Shown here one piece after another: positions 32,901 to 49,396 of a stretch of 64,000 bases of DNA (position 1 is the first letter of the stretch; each line of letters begins with the position of its first letter). The position numbers and the translations under genes are program-made. Origin of the DNA: the human T2T-CHM13v2.0 reference genome, Homo sapiens; the NCBI RefSeq assembly GCF_009914755.1, contig NC_060937.1; one strand, 5' to 3'. The notes beneath the pieces were generated by a model that searched no databases, was not told the DNA's origin, and worked only from the letters and a program-made list of their open reading frames with translations.

Positions 32901-35900
32901 TTATTCCGTTCATAAAATATCAAAGTACACCTGATATATATTCTATAGTGTACATAAAATATCAAAGTACACAAACTATACATTATATACTGTACATAAA
33001 ATATGAAATTACATCAAATATATATTATATAAGGTACACAAAATATGAAAGTACATCAAATATAGATTATATACTGTACATTAAATACCAAAGAACCCCA
33101 AATATATATTATATACTCTACATGAAATATTAAAGTTCACAAACTATATATTATATACTGTACATAAAATATCAAAGTACCCAAGGTATATATTCTATAC
33201 TGTACAAAAAATATCAAAGTACCCAAAGCATGTATTATATACTGTATATAAAATATGAATGTACATCAAATATATATTTTATTCTGTACATAAAATATCA
33301 AAGTACACCAGATATATATTCTATAGTGTACATAAAATAACAAAGTACAAAAACTATAAATTATATACTGTACATAAAATATGAAATTACATCAAATATA
33401 TATTAGGTACATAAAATATGAAAGTACATCAAATATAGATTATATACTGTACATAAAATATCAATGTACCCCAAATATATATTTTATACTCGACATGAAA
33501 TATCAAAGTTCACAAACCATATAATATATACTGTACATAAAATATCAAAGTACCCAAGGTATATATTCTATACTGTACAAAAAATATCAAAGTACCCAAA
33601 GCATGTATTATATACTGTACATAAAATATGAAAGTACATCAAATATATATTTTATTCTGTACATAAAATATCAAAGTACACCAGATATATATTCTACAGT
33701 GTACATAAAATATCAAATCACCCAAACTATACATTATATACTGTACATAAAATATGAAATTACATCAAATATATATTATATTAGGTACATAAAATATGAA
33801 AGTACATCAAATATAGATTATATACTGTACATAAAATATCAAAGTACCCCAAATATATATTATATACTCTACATGAAATATCAAAGTTCACAAACTATAT
33901 ATTATATACTGTACATAAAATATCAAAGTACCCAAGGTATATATTCTATAATGTACAAAAAATATCAAAGTACCCAAAGCGTGTATTATATACTGTACAT
34001 AAAATATGAAAGTGCATCAAATATATATTTTATTCCGTACATAAAATATCAAAGTACACCAGATATATATTCTATAGTGTACATAAAATATCAAAGTACC
34101 CAAACTATACATTATATACTGTACGTAAAATATGAAATTACATCAAATATATATTATATTAGGTACATAAAATATGAAAGTACATCAAATATAGATTATA
34201 TACTGTACATAAAATATCAAAGTACCCCAAATATATATTATATACTCTACATGAAATATCAAAGTTCACAAACTATATATTATATACTGTACATAAAATA
34301 AAGTCCCCAAGGTATATATTCTATACTGTAGAGAAAATATCAAAGTACCCAAAGCATGTATTATATACTGTATATAAAATATGAAAGTACATCAAATATA
34401 TATTTTATTCTGTACATAATATATCAAAGTACACCAGATATATATTCTATAGTGTACATAAAATAACAAAGTACAAAAACTATAAATTATATACTGTACA
34501 TAAAATATGAAATTACATCAAATATATATTAGGTACATAAAATATGAAAGTACATCAAATATAGATTATATACTGTACATAAAATATCAATGTACCCCAA
34601 ATATATATTTTATACTCTACATGAAATATCAAAGTTCACAAACCATATATTATATACTGTACATAAAATATCAAAGTACCCAAGGTATATATTCTATACT
34701 GTACAAAAAATATCAAAGTACCCAAAGCATGTATTATATACTGTACATAAAATATGAAAGTACATCAAATATATATTTTATTCTGTACATAAAATATCAA
34801 AGTACACCAGATATATATTCTATAGTGTACATAAAATATCAAAGTACCCAAACTATACATTATATACTGTACATAAAATATGAAATTACATCAAATATAT
34901 ATTATATTAGGTACATAAAATATGAAAGTACATCAAATATAGATTATATAGTGTACATAAAATATCAAAGTACCCCAAATATATATTATATACTCTACAT
35001 GAAATATCAAAGTTCACAAACTATATATTATATAGTGTACATAAAATATCAAAGTACCCAAGGTATATATTCTATACTATACAAAAAATATCAAAGTACC
35101 CAAAGCATGTATTATATACTGTATATAAAATATGAAAGTACATCAAATATATATTTTATTCTGTACATAATATATAAAAGTACACCAGAAATATATTCTA
35201 TAGTGTACATAAAATAACAAAGTACAAAAACTATAAATTATATACTGTACATAAAATATGAAATTACATCAAATATATATTAGGTACATAAAATATGAAA
35301 GTACATCAAATATAGATTATATACTGTACATAAAATATCAATGTACCCAAATATATATCATATACTGTACATGAAATATCAAAGTTCACAAACTATATAT
35401 TATATACTGTACATAAAATATCAAAGTACCCAAGGTATATATTCTATACTGCACAAAAAATATCAAAGTACCCAAAGCATGTATTATATACTGTATATAA
35501 AATATGAAATTACATCAAATATATATTTTATTCTGTACATAAAATATCAAAGTACACCAGATATATATTTTATAGTGTACATAAAATAACAAAGTACACA
35601 AAGTATAAATTATATACTGTACATAAAATATGAAATTACATCAAATATATATTAGGTACATAAAATATGAAAGTACATCAAATATAGATTATATACTGTA
35701 CATATAATATCAAAGTACCCCAAATATATATTTTTACTCTACATGGAATATCAAAGTTCACAAACCATATATTATATACTGTACATAAAATATCAAGGTA
35801 CCCAAGGTATATATTCTATACTGTACAAAAAATATCAAAGTACCCAAAGCATGTATTATATACTGTACATAAAATATGAAAGTACATCAAATATATATTT

Positions 35901-37699
35901 TATTCTGTACATAAAATATCAAAGTACACCAGATATATATTCTATAGTGTACATAAAATATCAAAGTACCCAAACTATACATTATATACTGTACATAAAA
36001 TATGAAATTACATCAAATATATATTATATTAGGTACATAAAATATGAAAGTACATCAAATATAGATTATATACTGTATAATAAAAATACCAAAGTACCCC
36101 AAATATATATTTTATACTGTACATGAAATATCAAAGTTCACAAACTATATATTATATACTGTACATAAAATATCAAAGTACCCAACGTATATATTCTATA
36201 CTGTACAAAAAATTTCGAAGTACCCAAAACATGTATTATATACTGTACATAAAATATGAAAGTACAACAAATATATATTTTATTCCGTACATAAAATATC
36301 AAAGTACACCAGATATATATTCTATAGCGTACATAAAATATCAAAGTGCACAAACTATACATTATATACTGTACATAAAATATGAAATTACATGAAATAT
36401 ATATTATATTAGGTACATAAAATATGAAAGTACATCAAATATAGATTATATACTCTACATTAAATACGAAAGTACCCCAAATATATATTATATACTCTAA
36501 AAGAAATATCAAAGTTCACAAACTATATATTATATACTGTACATAAAATATCAAAGTACCCAAGGTATATATTCTATACTGTACAAAAATATCAAAGTAC
36601 CCAAAGCGTGTATTATGTACTGTATATAAAATATGAAAGTACATCAAATATATATTTTATTCTGTACATAAAATATCAAAGTACACCAGATATATATTCT
36701 ATAGTGTACATAAAATAACAAAGTACACAAACTATACATTATATACTGTACATAAAATATGAAATTACATCAAATATATATTAGGTACATAAAATATGAA
36801 AGTACATCAAATATAGATTATATACTCTACATAAAATATCAATGTACCCCAAATATATATTTTATACTCTACATGAAATATCAAAGTTCACAAACCATAT
36901 ATTATATACTGTCCATAAAATATCAAAGTACCCAAGGTATATATTCTATACTATACAAAAAATATCAAGGTACCCAAAGCATGTATTATATACTGTACCT
37001 AAAATATGAAAGTACATCAAATATATATTTTATTCTGTACATAAAATAACAAAGTACACCAGATATATATTCTATAGTGTACATAAAATAACAAAGTACA
37101 AATACTATAAATTATATACTGTACATAAAATATGAAATTACATCAAATACATATTAGGTACATTAAATATGAAATTACATCAAATATAGATTATATACTG
37201 TACATAAAATATCAATGTACCCCAAATATATATTTTATACTCTACATGAAATATCAAAGTTCACAAACCATATCTTATATACTATACATAAAATATCAAA
37301 GTACCCAAGGTATATATTCTATACTGTACAAAAAATATCAAAGTACCCAAAGCATGTATTATATACTGTACATAAAATATGAAAGTACATCAAATATATA
37401 TTTTATTCTGTACATAAAATATCAAAGTACACCAGGTATATATTCTATAGAGTACATAAAATAACAAAGTACAAAAACTATAAATTATATACTGTACATA
37501 AAATATGAAATTACATCAAATATATATTAGGTACATAAAATATGAAAGTACATCAAATATAGATTATATACTGTACATAAAATATCAATGTACCCCAAAT
37601 ATATATTTTATACTCAACATGAAATATCAAAGTTCACAAACCATATATTATATACTGTACATAAAATATCAAAGTACCCAAGTTATATATTCTATACTG

Positions 37700-40600
37700 T
37701 ACAAAAAATATCAAAGTACCCAAAGCATGTATTATATACTGTACATAAAATATGAAAGTACATCAACTATATATTTTATTCTGTACATAAAATATCAAAG
37801 TACACCAGATATATATTCTATAGAGTACATAAAATATCAAAGTACCCAAACTATACATTATATACTGTACATAAAATATGAAATTACATCAAATATATAT
37901 TATATTAGGTACATAAAATATGAAAGTACATCAAATATAGATTATATACTGTACATTAAATACCAAAGTACCCCAAATATATATCTTATACTGTACATGA
38001 AATATCAAAGTTCACACACTATATATTATATACTGTACATAAAATATCAAAGTACCCAAGGTATATATTCTATACTGTACAAAAAATATCAAAGTACCCA
38101 AAGCATGTATTACAAACTGTACATAAAATATGAAAGTACATCAAATATATATTTTATTCTGTACATAAAATATCAAAGTACACCAGATATATATTCTATA
38201 GTGTACATAAAATACCAAAGTACCCAAGCTATACATTATATACTGTACATAAAATATGAAATTACATCAAATATATATTATATTAGGTACATAAAATATG
38301 AAAGTACATCAAATATAGATTATATACTGTACATAAAATATCAAAGTACCCCAAATATATATTATATACTCTACATGAAATATCAAAGTTCACAAACTAT
38401 ATATTATATACTGTACATAAAATATCAAAGTACCCAAGGTATATATTCTATACTGCACAAAAAAATCAAAGTACCCAAAGCATGTATTATATACTGTATA
38501 TAAAATATGAAGGTACATCAAATATATATTTTATTCTCTACATAATATATGAAAGTACACCAGATATATATTCTATAGTGTACATAAAATAACAAAGTAC
38601 ACAAACTATAAATTATATACTGTTCATAAAATATGAAATTACATCAAATATATATTAGGTACATAAAATATGAAAGTACATCAAATATAGATTATATACT
38701 GTACATAAAATATCAATGTACCCCAAATATATATTTTATACTCTACATGAAATATCAAAGTTCACAAACCATATATTGTATACTGTACATAAAATATCAA
38801 AGTACCCAAGGTATGTATTCTATACTGTACAAAAAATATCAAAGTACCCAAAGCATGTATTATATACTGTACATAAAATATGAAAGTACATCAAATATAT
38901 ATTTTATTCTGTACATAAAATATCAAAGTACACCAGATATATATTCTATAGTGTACATAAAATATCAAAGTACCCAAACTATACATTATATACTGTACAT
39001 AAAATATGAAATTACATCAAATATATATTATATTATGTACCTAAAATATGAAAGTACATCAAATATAGATTATATACTGTACATTAGGTACCAAAGTACC
39101 CCAAATATATATTTTATACTGTACATGAAATATCAAAGTTCACAAACTATATATTATATACTGTACATAAAATATCAAAGTACCCGAGGTATATATTCTA
39201 TACTGTACAAAAAATATCAAAGTACCAAAAGCATGTATTATATACTGTACCTAAAATATGAAAGTACATCAAATATATATTTTATTCTGTACATAAAATA
39301 TCAAAGTACACCAGATATATATTCTATAGTGTACATAAAATATCAAAGTACCCAAACTATACATTATATACTGTACATAAAATATGAAATTACATCAAAT
39401 ATATATTAGGTACATAAAATATGAAAGTACATCAAATATAGATTATATACTGTACAAAAAATATCAAGGTACCCCAAATATATATTATATACTGTACATG
39501 AAATATCAAAGTTCACAAACTATATATTATATACTGTACATAAAATATCAAAGTACCCAAGGTATATATTCTATACTGTACAAAAGATATCAAAGTACCC
39601 AAAGCATGTATTATATACTGTACATAAAATATGAAAGTACATCAAATATATATTTTATTCTGTACATAAAATATCAAAGTACACCAGATATATATTCTAT
39701 AGTGTACATAAAATATCAATGTACCCAAACTATTTCTTATATACTGTACATAAAATATGAAATTACATCAAATATATATTATATTAGGTACATAAAATAT
39801 GAAAGTACATCAAATATAGATTATATGCTGTACATTAATTACCAAAGTACCCCAAATATATATTTTATACTGTACATGAAATATCAAAGTTCACAAACTC
39901 TATATTATATACTGTACATAAAATATCAAAGTACCCAAGGTATATATTCTATACTGTACAAAAAATATCAAAGTATCCAAAGCACGTATTATATACTGTA
40001 CGTAAAACATGAAAGTACATCAAATATATATTTTTTTCTGTACATAAAATGTCAAAGTACACCAGATATATATTCAATAGTGTACACAAAATAACAAAGT
40101 ACAAAAACTATAAATTATATACTGTACATAAAATATGAAATTACACCAAATATATATTAGGTACATAAAATATGAAAGGACATAAAATATAGATTATATA
40201 CTGTACATATAATATCAATGTACCCCAAATATATATTTTATACTCTACATGAAATATCAAAGTTCACAAACCATATATTATATACTGTACATAAAATATC
40301 AAAGTACCCAAGGTATATATTCTATACTGTTCAAAAAATATCAAAGTTTCCAAAGCATGTATTATATACTGTATATAAAATATGAAAGTACATCAAATAT
40401 ATATTTTATTCTGTACATAAAATATCAATGTACACCAGATATATATTATATAGTGTACATAAAATATCAAAGTACCCAAACTATACATTATATACTGTAC
40501 ATAAAATATGAAATTACATCAAATAAATATTAGGTACATAAAATATGAAAGTACATCAAATATAGATTATATACTGTACATTAAATACCAAAGTACCCCA

Positions 40601-40810
40601 AATATATATTTTATACTGTACATGAAATATCACAGTTCACAAACTATATATTATATACTGTACATATAATATCAAAGTACCCAAGGTATATATTCTATAC
40701 TGTACAAAAAATATCAAAGTACCCAAAGCATGTATTATATACTGTACATAAAATAGGAAAGTACATCAAATATATATTTTATTCTGTACATAAAATATCA
40801 AAGTACACCA
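37700..40810 (+). repeat. Copy 1 of a recent approx. 3.1-3.5 kb intra-array duplication (copy 2 at about 42880-46370)
   Basis: Near-identical ORF pairs at constant offset 5182 (37505/42687, 38633/43815, 39384/44566). The offset becomes 5557 at CACAGTTCAC (40631/46188). End points are approximate. Confidence 0.85.
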
Positions 40811-42879
40811 GATATATATTTTATAGTGTACATAAAATATCAAAATACCCAAAGTATACATTATAAACTGTACATAAAATATGAAAGTACATCAAATATA
40901 GATAATTAACTGTACATAAAATATCAAAGTACCCCAAATATATATTATATACTGTACATGAGATATCAAACTTCACAAACTATATATTATATACTGTAGA
41001 TAAAATATCAAAGTACCCAAGGTATATATTCTATACTGTACAAAAAATATCAAAGTACCCAAAATATGTATTATATACTGTATATAAAATATGAAAGTAC
41101 ATTAAATATAAATTTTATTCTGTACATAAAATATCAAAGTACACCAGATATATATTTTATAGTGTACATAAAATTCCAAAGTATCCAAACTATACATTAT
41201 ATACTGTACATAAAATATGAAATTACATCAAATATATATTATATTAGGTACATAAAATATGAAAGTACATAAAATATAGATGATACACTGTACATAATAT
41301 ATCAAAGTAGCCCAAATATATATTATACAGTGTACATGAAATATCAAAATTTACAAAACATATATTATATAATGTACATAAAATATCAAAGTACCCAAAG
41401 CAAGTATTATATACTGTACATGAAAGATGAAAGTACATCAAATATATATTTTATTCTGTACGTAAAATATCAAAGTACACCAGATATATATTTTATAGTG
41501 TACATAAAATATCAAGGTACCCAAATTATACATTATATACTGTAAATAAAATATGAAAGTACATCAAATATATATTATATTAGTTACCTAAAATATGAAA
41601 GTACATCAAATATAGATTATTAACTATACATAAAATATCAAAGTACCCCAAATATATATTATATACTGTACATGAAATATCAAAGTTCACAAACTCTATA
41701 TTATATACTGTACATAAAATATCAAAGTACCCAAGGTATATAATCTATACTGTACAAAAAATATCAAAGTACCCAAAGCATGTATTTTATACTGTACATA
41801 AAAGATGAAAGTACATCAAATATATATTTTATTCTGTACATAAAATATCAAAGTACACCAGATATATATTTTATAGTGTACATAAAATATCAAAGTACCC
41901 AAACTATACATTATATACTGTACATAAAATATGAAATCACATCAAATATATATTATATTAGGTACATAAAATATGAAAGTACTTCTAGTATAGATTATTT
42001 ACTGTACATAAAATATCAAAGTACCCCAAATATATATGATATACTGTACATGAAATATCAAAGTTCACAAACGATATATTATATACTGTAGATAAAATAT
42101 CAAAGTACCCAAGGTTTATATTCTATACTGTACAAAAAATATCAAAGTACCCAAAGCATGTATTATATACTGTACATAAAAGATGAAAGTACATCAAATA
42201 TATATTTTATTCTCTACATAAAATAACAAAGTACACCAGATATATATTTTATAGTGTACATAAAATATGAAAGTACCCAAACTGTACATTACATACTGTA
42301 CATAAAATATGGAATTACATCAAATATATATTATATTAGGTACATAAAATATGAAAGTACATCAAATATAGATTATATACTGTACATAAAATATCAAAGT
42401 ACTCCAAATATATATAACATGCTCTACATGAAATATCAAAGTTCACAAACTATATATTATATACTGTACATAAAATGTCAAAGTACCCAAGGTATATATT
42501 CTATACTGTACAAAAAATATCAAAGTACCCAAAGCATGTATTATATACAGTAAATAAAATATGAAAGTACATCAATTATATATTTTATTCTGTACATAAT
42601 ATATCAAAGTACACCAGATATATATTCTATAGTGTACATAAAATAACAAAGTACACAAACTATAAATTATATACCGAACATAAAATATGAAATTACATCA
42701 AATATATATTAGGTACATAAAATATGAAAGTATATCAAATATAGATTATATACTGTCCATAAAATATCAATGTACCCCAAATATATATTTTATACTCTAC
42801 ATGAAATATCAAAGTTCAGAAACCATATATTGTATACTGTACATAAAATATCAAAGTACCCAAGGTATATATTCTATAC

Positions 42880-45800
42880 TGTACAAAAAATATCAAAGTA
42901 CCCAAAGCATGTATTATATACTGTACATAAAATATGAAAGTACATCAACTATATATTTTATTTTGTACATAAAATATCAAAGTACACCAGATATATATTC
43001 TATAGAGTACATAAAATATCAAAGTACCCAAACTATACATTATATACTGTACATAAAATATGAAATTACATCAAATATATATTATATTAGGTACATAAAA
43101 TATGAAAGTACATCAAATATAGATTATATACTGTACATTAAATACCAAAGTACCCCAAATATATATCTTATACTGTACATGAAATATCAAAGTTCACACA
43201 CTATATATTATATACTGTACATAAAATATCAAAGTACCCAAGGTATATATTCTATACTGTACAAAAAATATCAAAGTACCCAAAGCATGTATTACAAACT
43301 GTACATAAAATATGAAAGTACATCAAATATATATTTTATTCTGTACATAAAATATCAAAGTACACCAGATATATATTCTATAGTGTACATAAAATACCAA
43401 AGTACCCAAGCTATACATTATATACTGTACATAAAATATGAAATTACATCAAATATATATTATATTAGGTACATAAAATATGAAAGTACATCAAATATAG
43501 ATTATATACTGTACATAAAATATCAAAGTACCCCAAATATATATTATATACTCTACATGAAATATCAAAGTTCACAAACTATATATTATATACTGTACAT
43601 AAAATATCAAAGTACCCAAGGTATATATTCTATACTGCACAAAAAAATCAAAGTACCCAAAGCATGTATTATATACTGTATATAAAATATGAAAGTACAT
43701 CAAATATATATTTTATTCTCTACATAATATATGAAATTACACCAGATATATATTCTATAGTGTACATAAAATAACAAAGTACACAAACTATAAATTATAT
43801 ACTGTTCATAAAATATGAAATTACATCAAATATATATTAGGTACATAAAATATGAAAGTACATCAAATATAGATTATATACTGTACATAAAATATCAATG
43901 TACCCCAAATATATATTTTATACTCTACATGAAATATCAAAGTTCACAAACCATATATTGTATACTGTACATAAAATATCAAAGTACCCAAGGTATGTAT
44001 TCTATACTGTACAAAAAATATCAACGTACCCAAAGCATGTATTATATACTGTACATAAAATATGAAAGTACATCAAATATATATTTTATTCTGTACATAA
44101 AATATCAAAGTACACCAGATATATATTCTATAGTGTACATAAAATATCAAAGTACCCAAACTATACATTATATACTGTACATAAAATATGAAATTACATC
44201 AAATATATATTATATTATGTACCTAAAATATGAAAGTACATCAAATATAGATTATATACTGTACATTAGGTACCAAAGTACCCCAAATATATATTTTATA
44301 CTGTACATGAAATATCAAAGTTCACAAACTATATATTATATACTGTACATAAAATATCAAAGTACCCGAGGTATATATTCTATACTGTACAAAAAATATC
44401 AAAGTACCAAAAGCATGTATTATATACTGTACCTAAAATATGAAAGTACATCAAATATATATTTTATTCTGTACATAAAATATCAAAGTACACCAGATAT
44501 ATATTCTATAGTGTACATAAAATATCAAAGTACCCAAACTATACATTATATACTGTACATAAAATATGAAATTACATCAAATATATATTAGGTACATAAA
44601 ATATGAAAGTACATCAAATATAGATTATATACTGTACAAAAAATATCAAGGTACCCCAAATATATATTATATACTGTACATGAAATATCAAAGTTCACAA
44701 ACTATATATTATATACTGTACATAAAATATCAAAGTACCCAAGGTATATATTCTATACTGTACAAAAGATATCAAAGTACCCAAAGCATGTATTATATAC
44801 TGTACATAAAATATGAAAGTACATCAAATATATATTTTATTCTGTACATAAAATATCAAAGTACACCAGATATATATTCTATAGTGTACATAAAATATCA
44901 ATGTACCCAAACTATTTCTTATATACTGTACATAAAATATGAAATTACATCAAATATATATTATATTAGGTACATAAAATATGAAAGTACATCAAATATA
45001 GATTATATGCTGTACATTATTTACCAAAGTACCCCAAATATATATTTTATACTGTACATGAAATATCAAAGTTCACAAACTATATATTATATACTGTACA
45101 TAAAATATCAAAGTACCCAAGGTATATATTCTATACTGTACAAAAAATATCAAAGTATCCAAAGCACGTATTATATACTGTACGTAAATCATGAAAGTAC
45201 ATCAAATATATATTTTTTTCTGTACATAAAATATCAAAGTACACCAGATATATATTCAATAGTGTACACAAAATAACAAAGTACAAAAACTATAGATTAT
45301 ATACTGTACATAAAATATGAAATTACACCAAATATATATTAGGTACATAAAATATGAAAGGACATAAAATATAGATTATATACTGTACATATAATATCAA
45401 TGTACCCCAAATATATATTTTATACTCTACATGAAATATCAAAGTTCACAAACCATATATTATATACTGTACATAAAATATCAAAGTACCCAAGGTATAT
45501 ATTCTATACTGTTCAAAAAATATCAAAGTTTCCAAAGCATGTATTATATACTGTATATAAAATAGGAAAGTACATCAAATATATATTTTATTCTGTACAT
45601 AAAATATCAATGTACACCAGATATACATTATATAGTGTACATAAAATATCAAAGTACCCAAACTATACATTATATACTGTACATAAAATATGAAATTACA
45701 TCAAATATGTACTATATTAGGTCCATAGAATATGAAAGTACATCAAATATAGATTATATACTGTACATAAAATATCAAAGTACCCCAAATATATATTATA

Positions 45801-46370
45801 TACTCTACATGAAATATCAAAGTTCACAAACTATATATTATATACTGTACATAAAATAAAGTACCCAAGGTACATATTCTATACTGTACAAAAAATATCA
45901 AAGTACCCAAAGCATGTATTATATACTGTATATAAAATATGAAAGTACATCAAATATATATTTTATTCTGTACATAAAATATCAAAGTACACCAGATATA
46001 TATTCTATAGTGTACATAAAATAACAAAGTACACAAACTATACATTATATACTGTACATAAAATATGAAATTACATCAAATATATATTAGGTACATAAAA
46101 TATGAAAGTACATCAAATATAGATTATATACTGTACATTAAATACCAAAGTACCCCAAATATATATTTTATACTGTACATGAAATATCACAGTTCACAAA
46201 CTATATATTATATACTGTACATATAATATCAAAGTACCCAAGGTATATATTCTATACTGTACAAAAAATATCAAAGTACCCAAAGCATGTATTATATACT
46301 GTACATAAAATAGGAAAGTACATCAAATATATATTTTATTCTGTACATAAAATATCAAAGTACACCAGAT
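42880..46370 (+). repeat. Copy 2 of the intra-array duplication, with one extra 375-bp unit
   Basis: Shares CATCAACTAT, CCCAAGCTAT, CATTAGGTACC, TACCCGAGG, GAAAGGACATAA, AAAGTTTCC with 37.7-40.8 kb. 5557-5182=375. Confidence 0.85.
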
Positions 46371-49300
46371 ATATATTCTATAGAGTACATAAAATATCAA
46401 AGTACCCAAACTATACATTATATACTGTACATAAAATATGAAATTACATCAAATATATATTATATTAGGTACATAAAATATGAAAGTACATCAAATAAAG
46501 ATTATATACTGTACATTAAATACGAAAGTACCCCAAATATATATTTTATACTGTACATGAAATATCAAAGTTCACACACTATATATTATAAACTGTACAT
46601 AAAATATCAAAGTACCCAAGGTATATATTCTATACTGTACAAAAAATATCAAAGTACCCAAAGCATGTATTACAAACTGTACATAAAATATGAAAGTACA
46701 TCAAATATATATTTTATTCTGTACATAAAATATCAAAGTACACCAGATATATATTCTATAGTGTACATAAAATATCAAAGTTCCCAAACTATACATTATA
46801 TTCTGTACATAAAATATGAAATTACATCAAATATATATTATATTAGGTACATAAAACATGGAAGTACATCAAATATAGATTATATACTGCACATAATATA
46901 TCAAAGTATCCCAAATATATATTATATACTCTACATGAAATATCAAAGTTCACAAACTATATATTATATACTGTACATAAAATATCAAAGTACCCAAGGT
47001 ATATATTCTATACTGCACAAAAAAATCAAAGTACCCAAAGCATGTATTATATACTGTACCTAAAATATGAAAGTACATCAAATATATATTTTATTCTGTA
47101 CATAAAATATCAAAGTACACCAGATATATATTCTATAGTGTACATAAAATATCAAATTACCCAAACTATACATTATATACTGTACATAAAATATGAGATT
47201 ACATCAAATATATATTATATTAGGTACATAAAATATGAAAGTACATCAAATATAGATTATATACTGTACATAAAATATCAAAGTACCCCAATTATATATT
47301 ATATACTCTACAGGAAATATCAAAGTTCACACACTATATATTATATACTGTACATAAAATATCAAAGTAACCAAGGTATATATTCTATACTGTACAAAAA
47401 ATATCAAAGTACCCAAATCATGTATTATATTCTGTATATAAAATATGAAAGTACATCAAATATATATTTTATTCTGTACATAAAATATCAAATTACACCA
47501 GATATATATTCTATAGTGTACATAAAATAACAAAGTACACAAACTATACATTATATACTGTACATAAAATATGAAATTACCTCAAATATATATTAGGTAC
47601 ATAAAATATGAAAGTACATCAAATATAGATTATATACTGTACATAAAATATGAAAGTACCCCAAATATATATTATATACTCTACATGAAATATCAAAGTT
47701 CAGAAACTATGTATTATATACTGTACATAAAATATCAAAGTACCCAAGGTATATATTCTATAGTGTACAAAAAATATCAAAGTACCCAAAGCATGTATTA
47801 TATACTGTACATAAAATATGAAAGTACATCAAATATATATTTTATTCTGTACATAAAATATCAAAGTACACCATATATATATTCTATAGTGTACATAAAA
47901 TAACAAAGTACACAAACTATACATTATATACTGTACATAAAATATGAAATTACATCAAATATATATTAGGTACATAAAATATGAAAGTACATCAAATATA
48001 GATTATATACTGTATATAAAATATTAATGTACCCCAAATATATATTTTATACTCTACATGAAATATCAAAGTTCACAAACCATATATTATATACTGTCCA
48101 GAAAATATCAAAGTACCCAAGGTATATATTCTATACTATACAAAAAATATCAAATTACGCAAAGCATGTATTATATACTGTACCTAAAATATGAAAGTGC
48201 ATCAAATATATATTTTATTCTGTAAATAAAATATCAAAGTACACCAGATATATAATCTATAGTGTACATAATATATCAAAGTACCCAAACTATACATTAT
48301 ATACTGTACATAAAATATGAGATTACATCAAATATATATTATATTAGGTACATAAAATATGAAAGTACATCAAATATAGATTATATACTGTACATAAAAT
48401 ATCAAAGTACCCCAAATATATATTATATACTCTACAGGAAATATCAAAGTTCACACACTATATATTATATACTGTACATAAAATATCAAAGTACCCAAGG
48501 TATATATTCTATACTGCACAAAAAAATCAAAGTACCCAAAGCATGTATTATATACTGTACCTAAAATATGAAAGTACATCAAATATATATTTTATTCTGT
48601 ACATAAAATATCAAAGTACACCAGATATATATTCTATAGTGTACATAAAATATCAAAGTACCCAAACTATACATTATATACTGTACATAAAATATGAGAT
48701 TACATCAAATATATATTATATTAGGTACATAAAATATGAAAGTACATCAAATATAGATTATACACTGTACATAAAATATCAAAGTACCCCAAATATATAT
48801 TATATACTCTACAGGAAATATCAAAGTTCACACACTATATATTATATACTGTACATAAAATATCAAAGTACCCAAGGTATATATTCTATACTGTACAAAA
48901 AATATCAAAGTACCCAAAGCATGTATTATATTCTGTATATAAAATATGAAAGTACATCAAATATATATTTTATTCTGTACATAAAATATCAAATTACAAC
49001 AGATATATATTCTATAGTGTACATAAAATAACAAAGTACACAAACTATAGATTATATACTGTACATAAAATATGAAATTACATCAAATATATATTATATT
49101 AGGTACATAAAATATGAAAGTACATCAAATATAGATTACATACTGTACATTAAATACCAAAGTACCCCAAATATATATTTTATACTGTACATGAAATATC
49201 AAAGTTCACAAACTTTATATTATATTCTATACATAAAATATCAAAGTACCCAAGGTATATATTCTATACTGTACAAAAAATATCAAAGTACCCAAAGCAT

Positions 49301-49396
49301 GTATTATATACTGTACATAAAATAGGAAAGTACATCAAATATATATTTTATTCTGTACATAAAATATCAAAGTACACCAGATATATATTCTATAGA

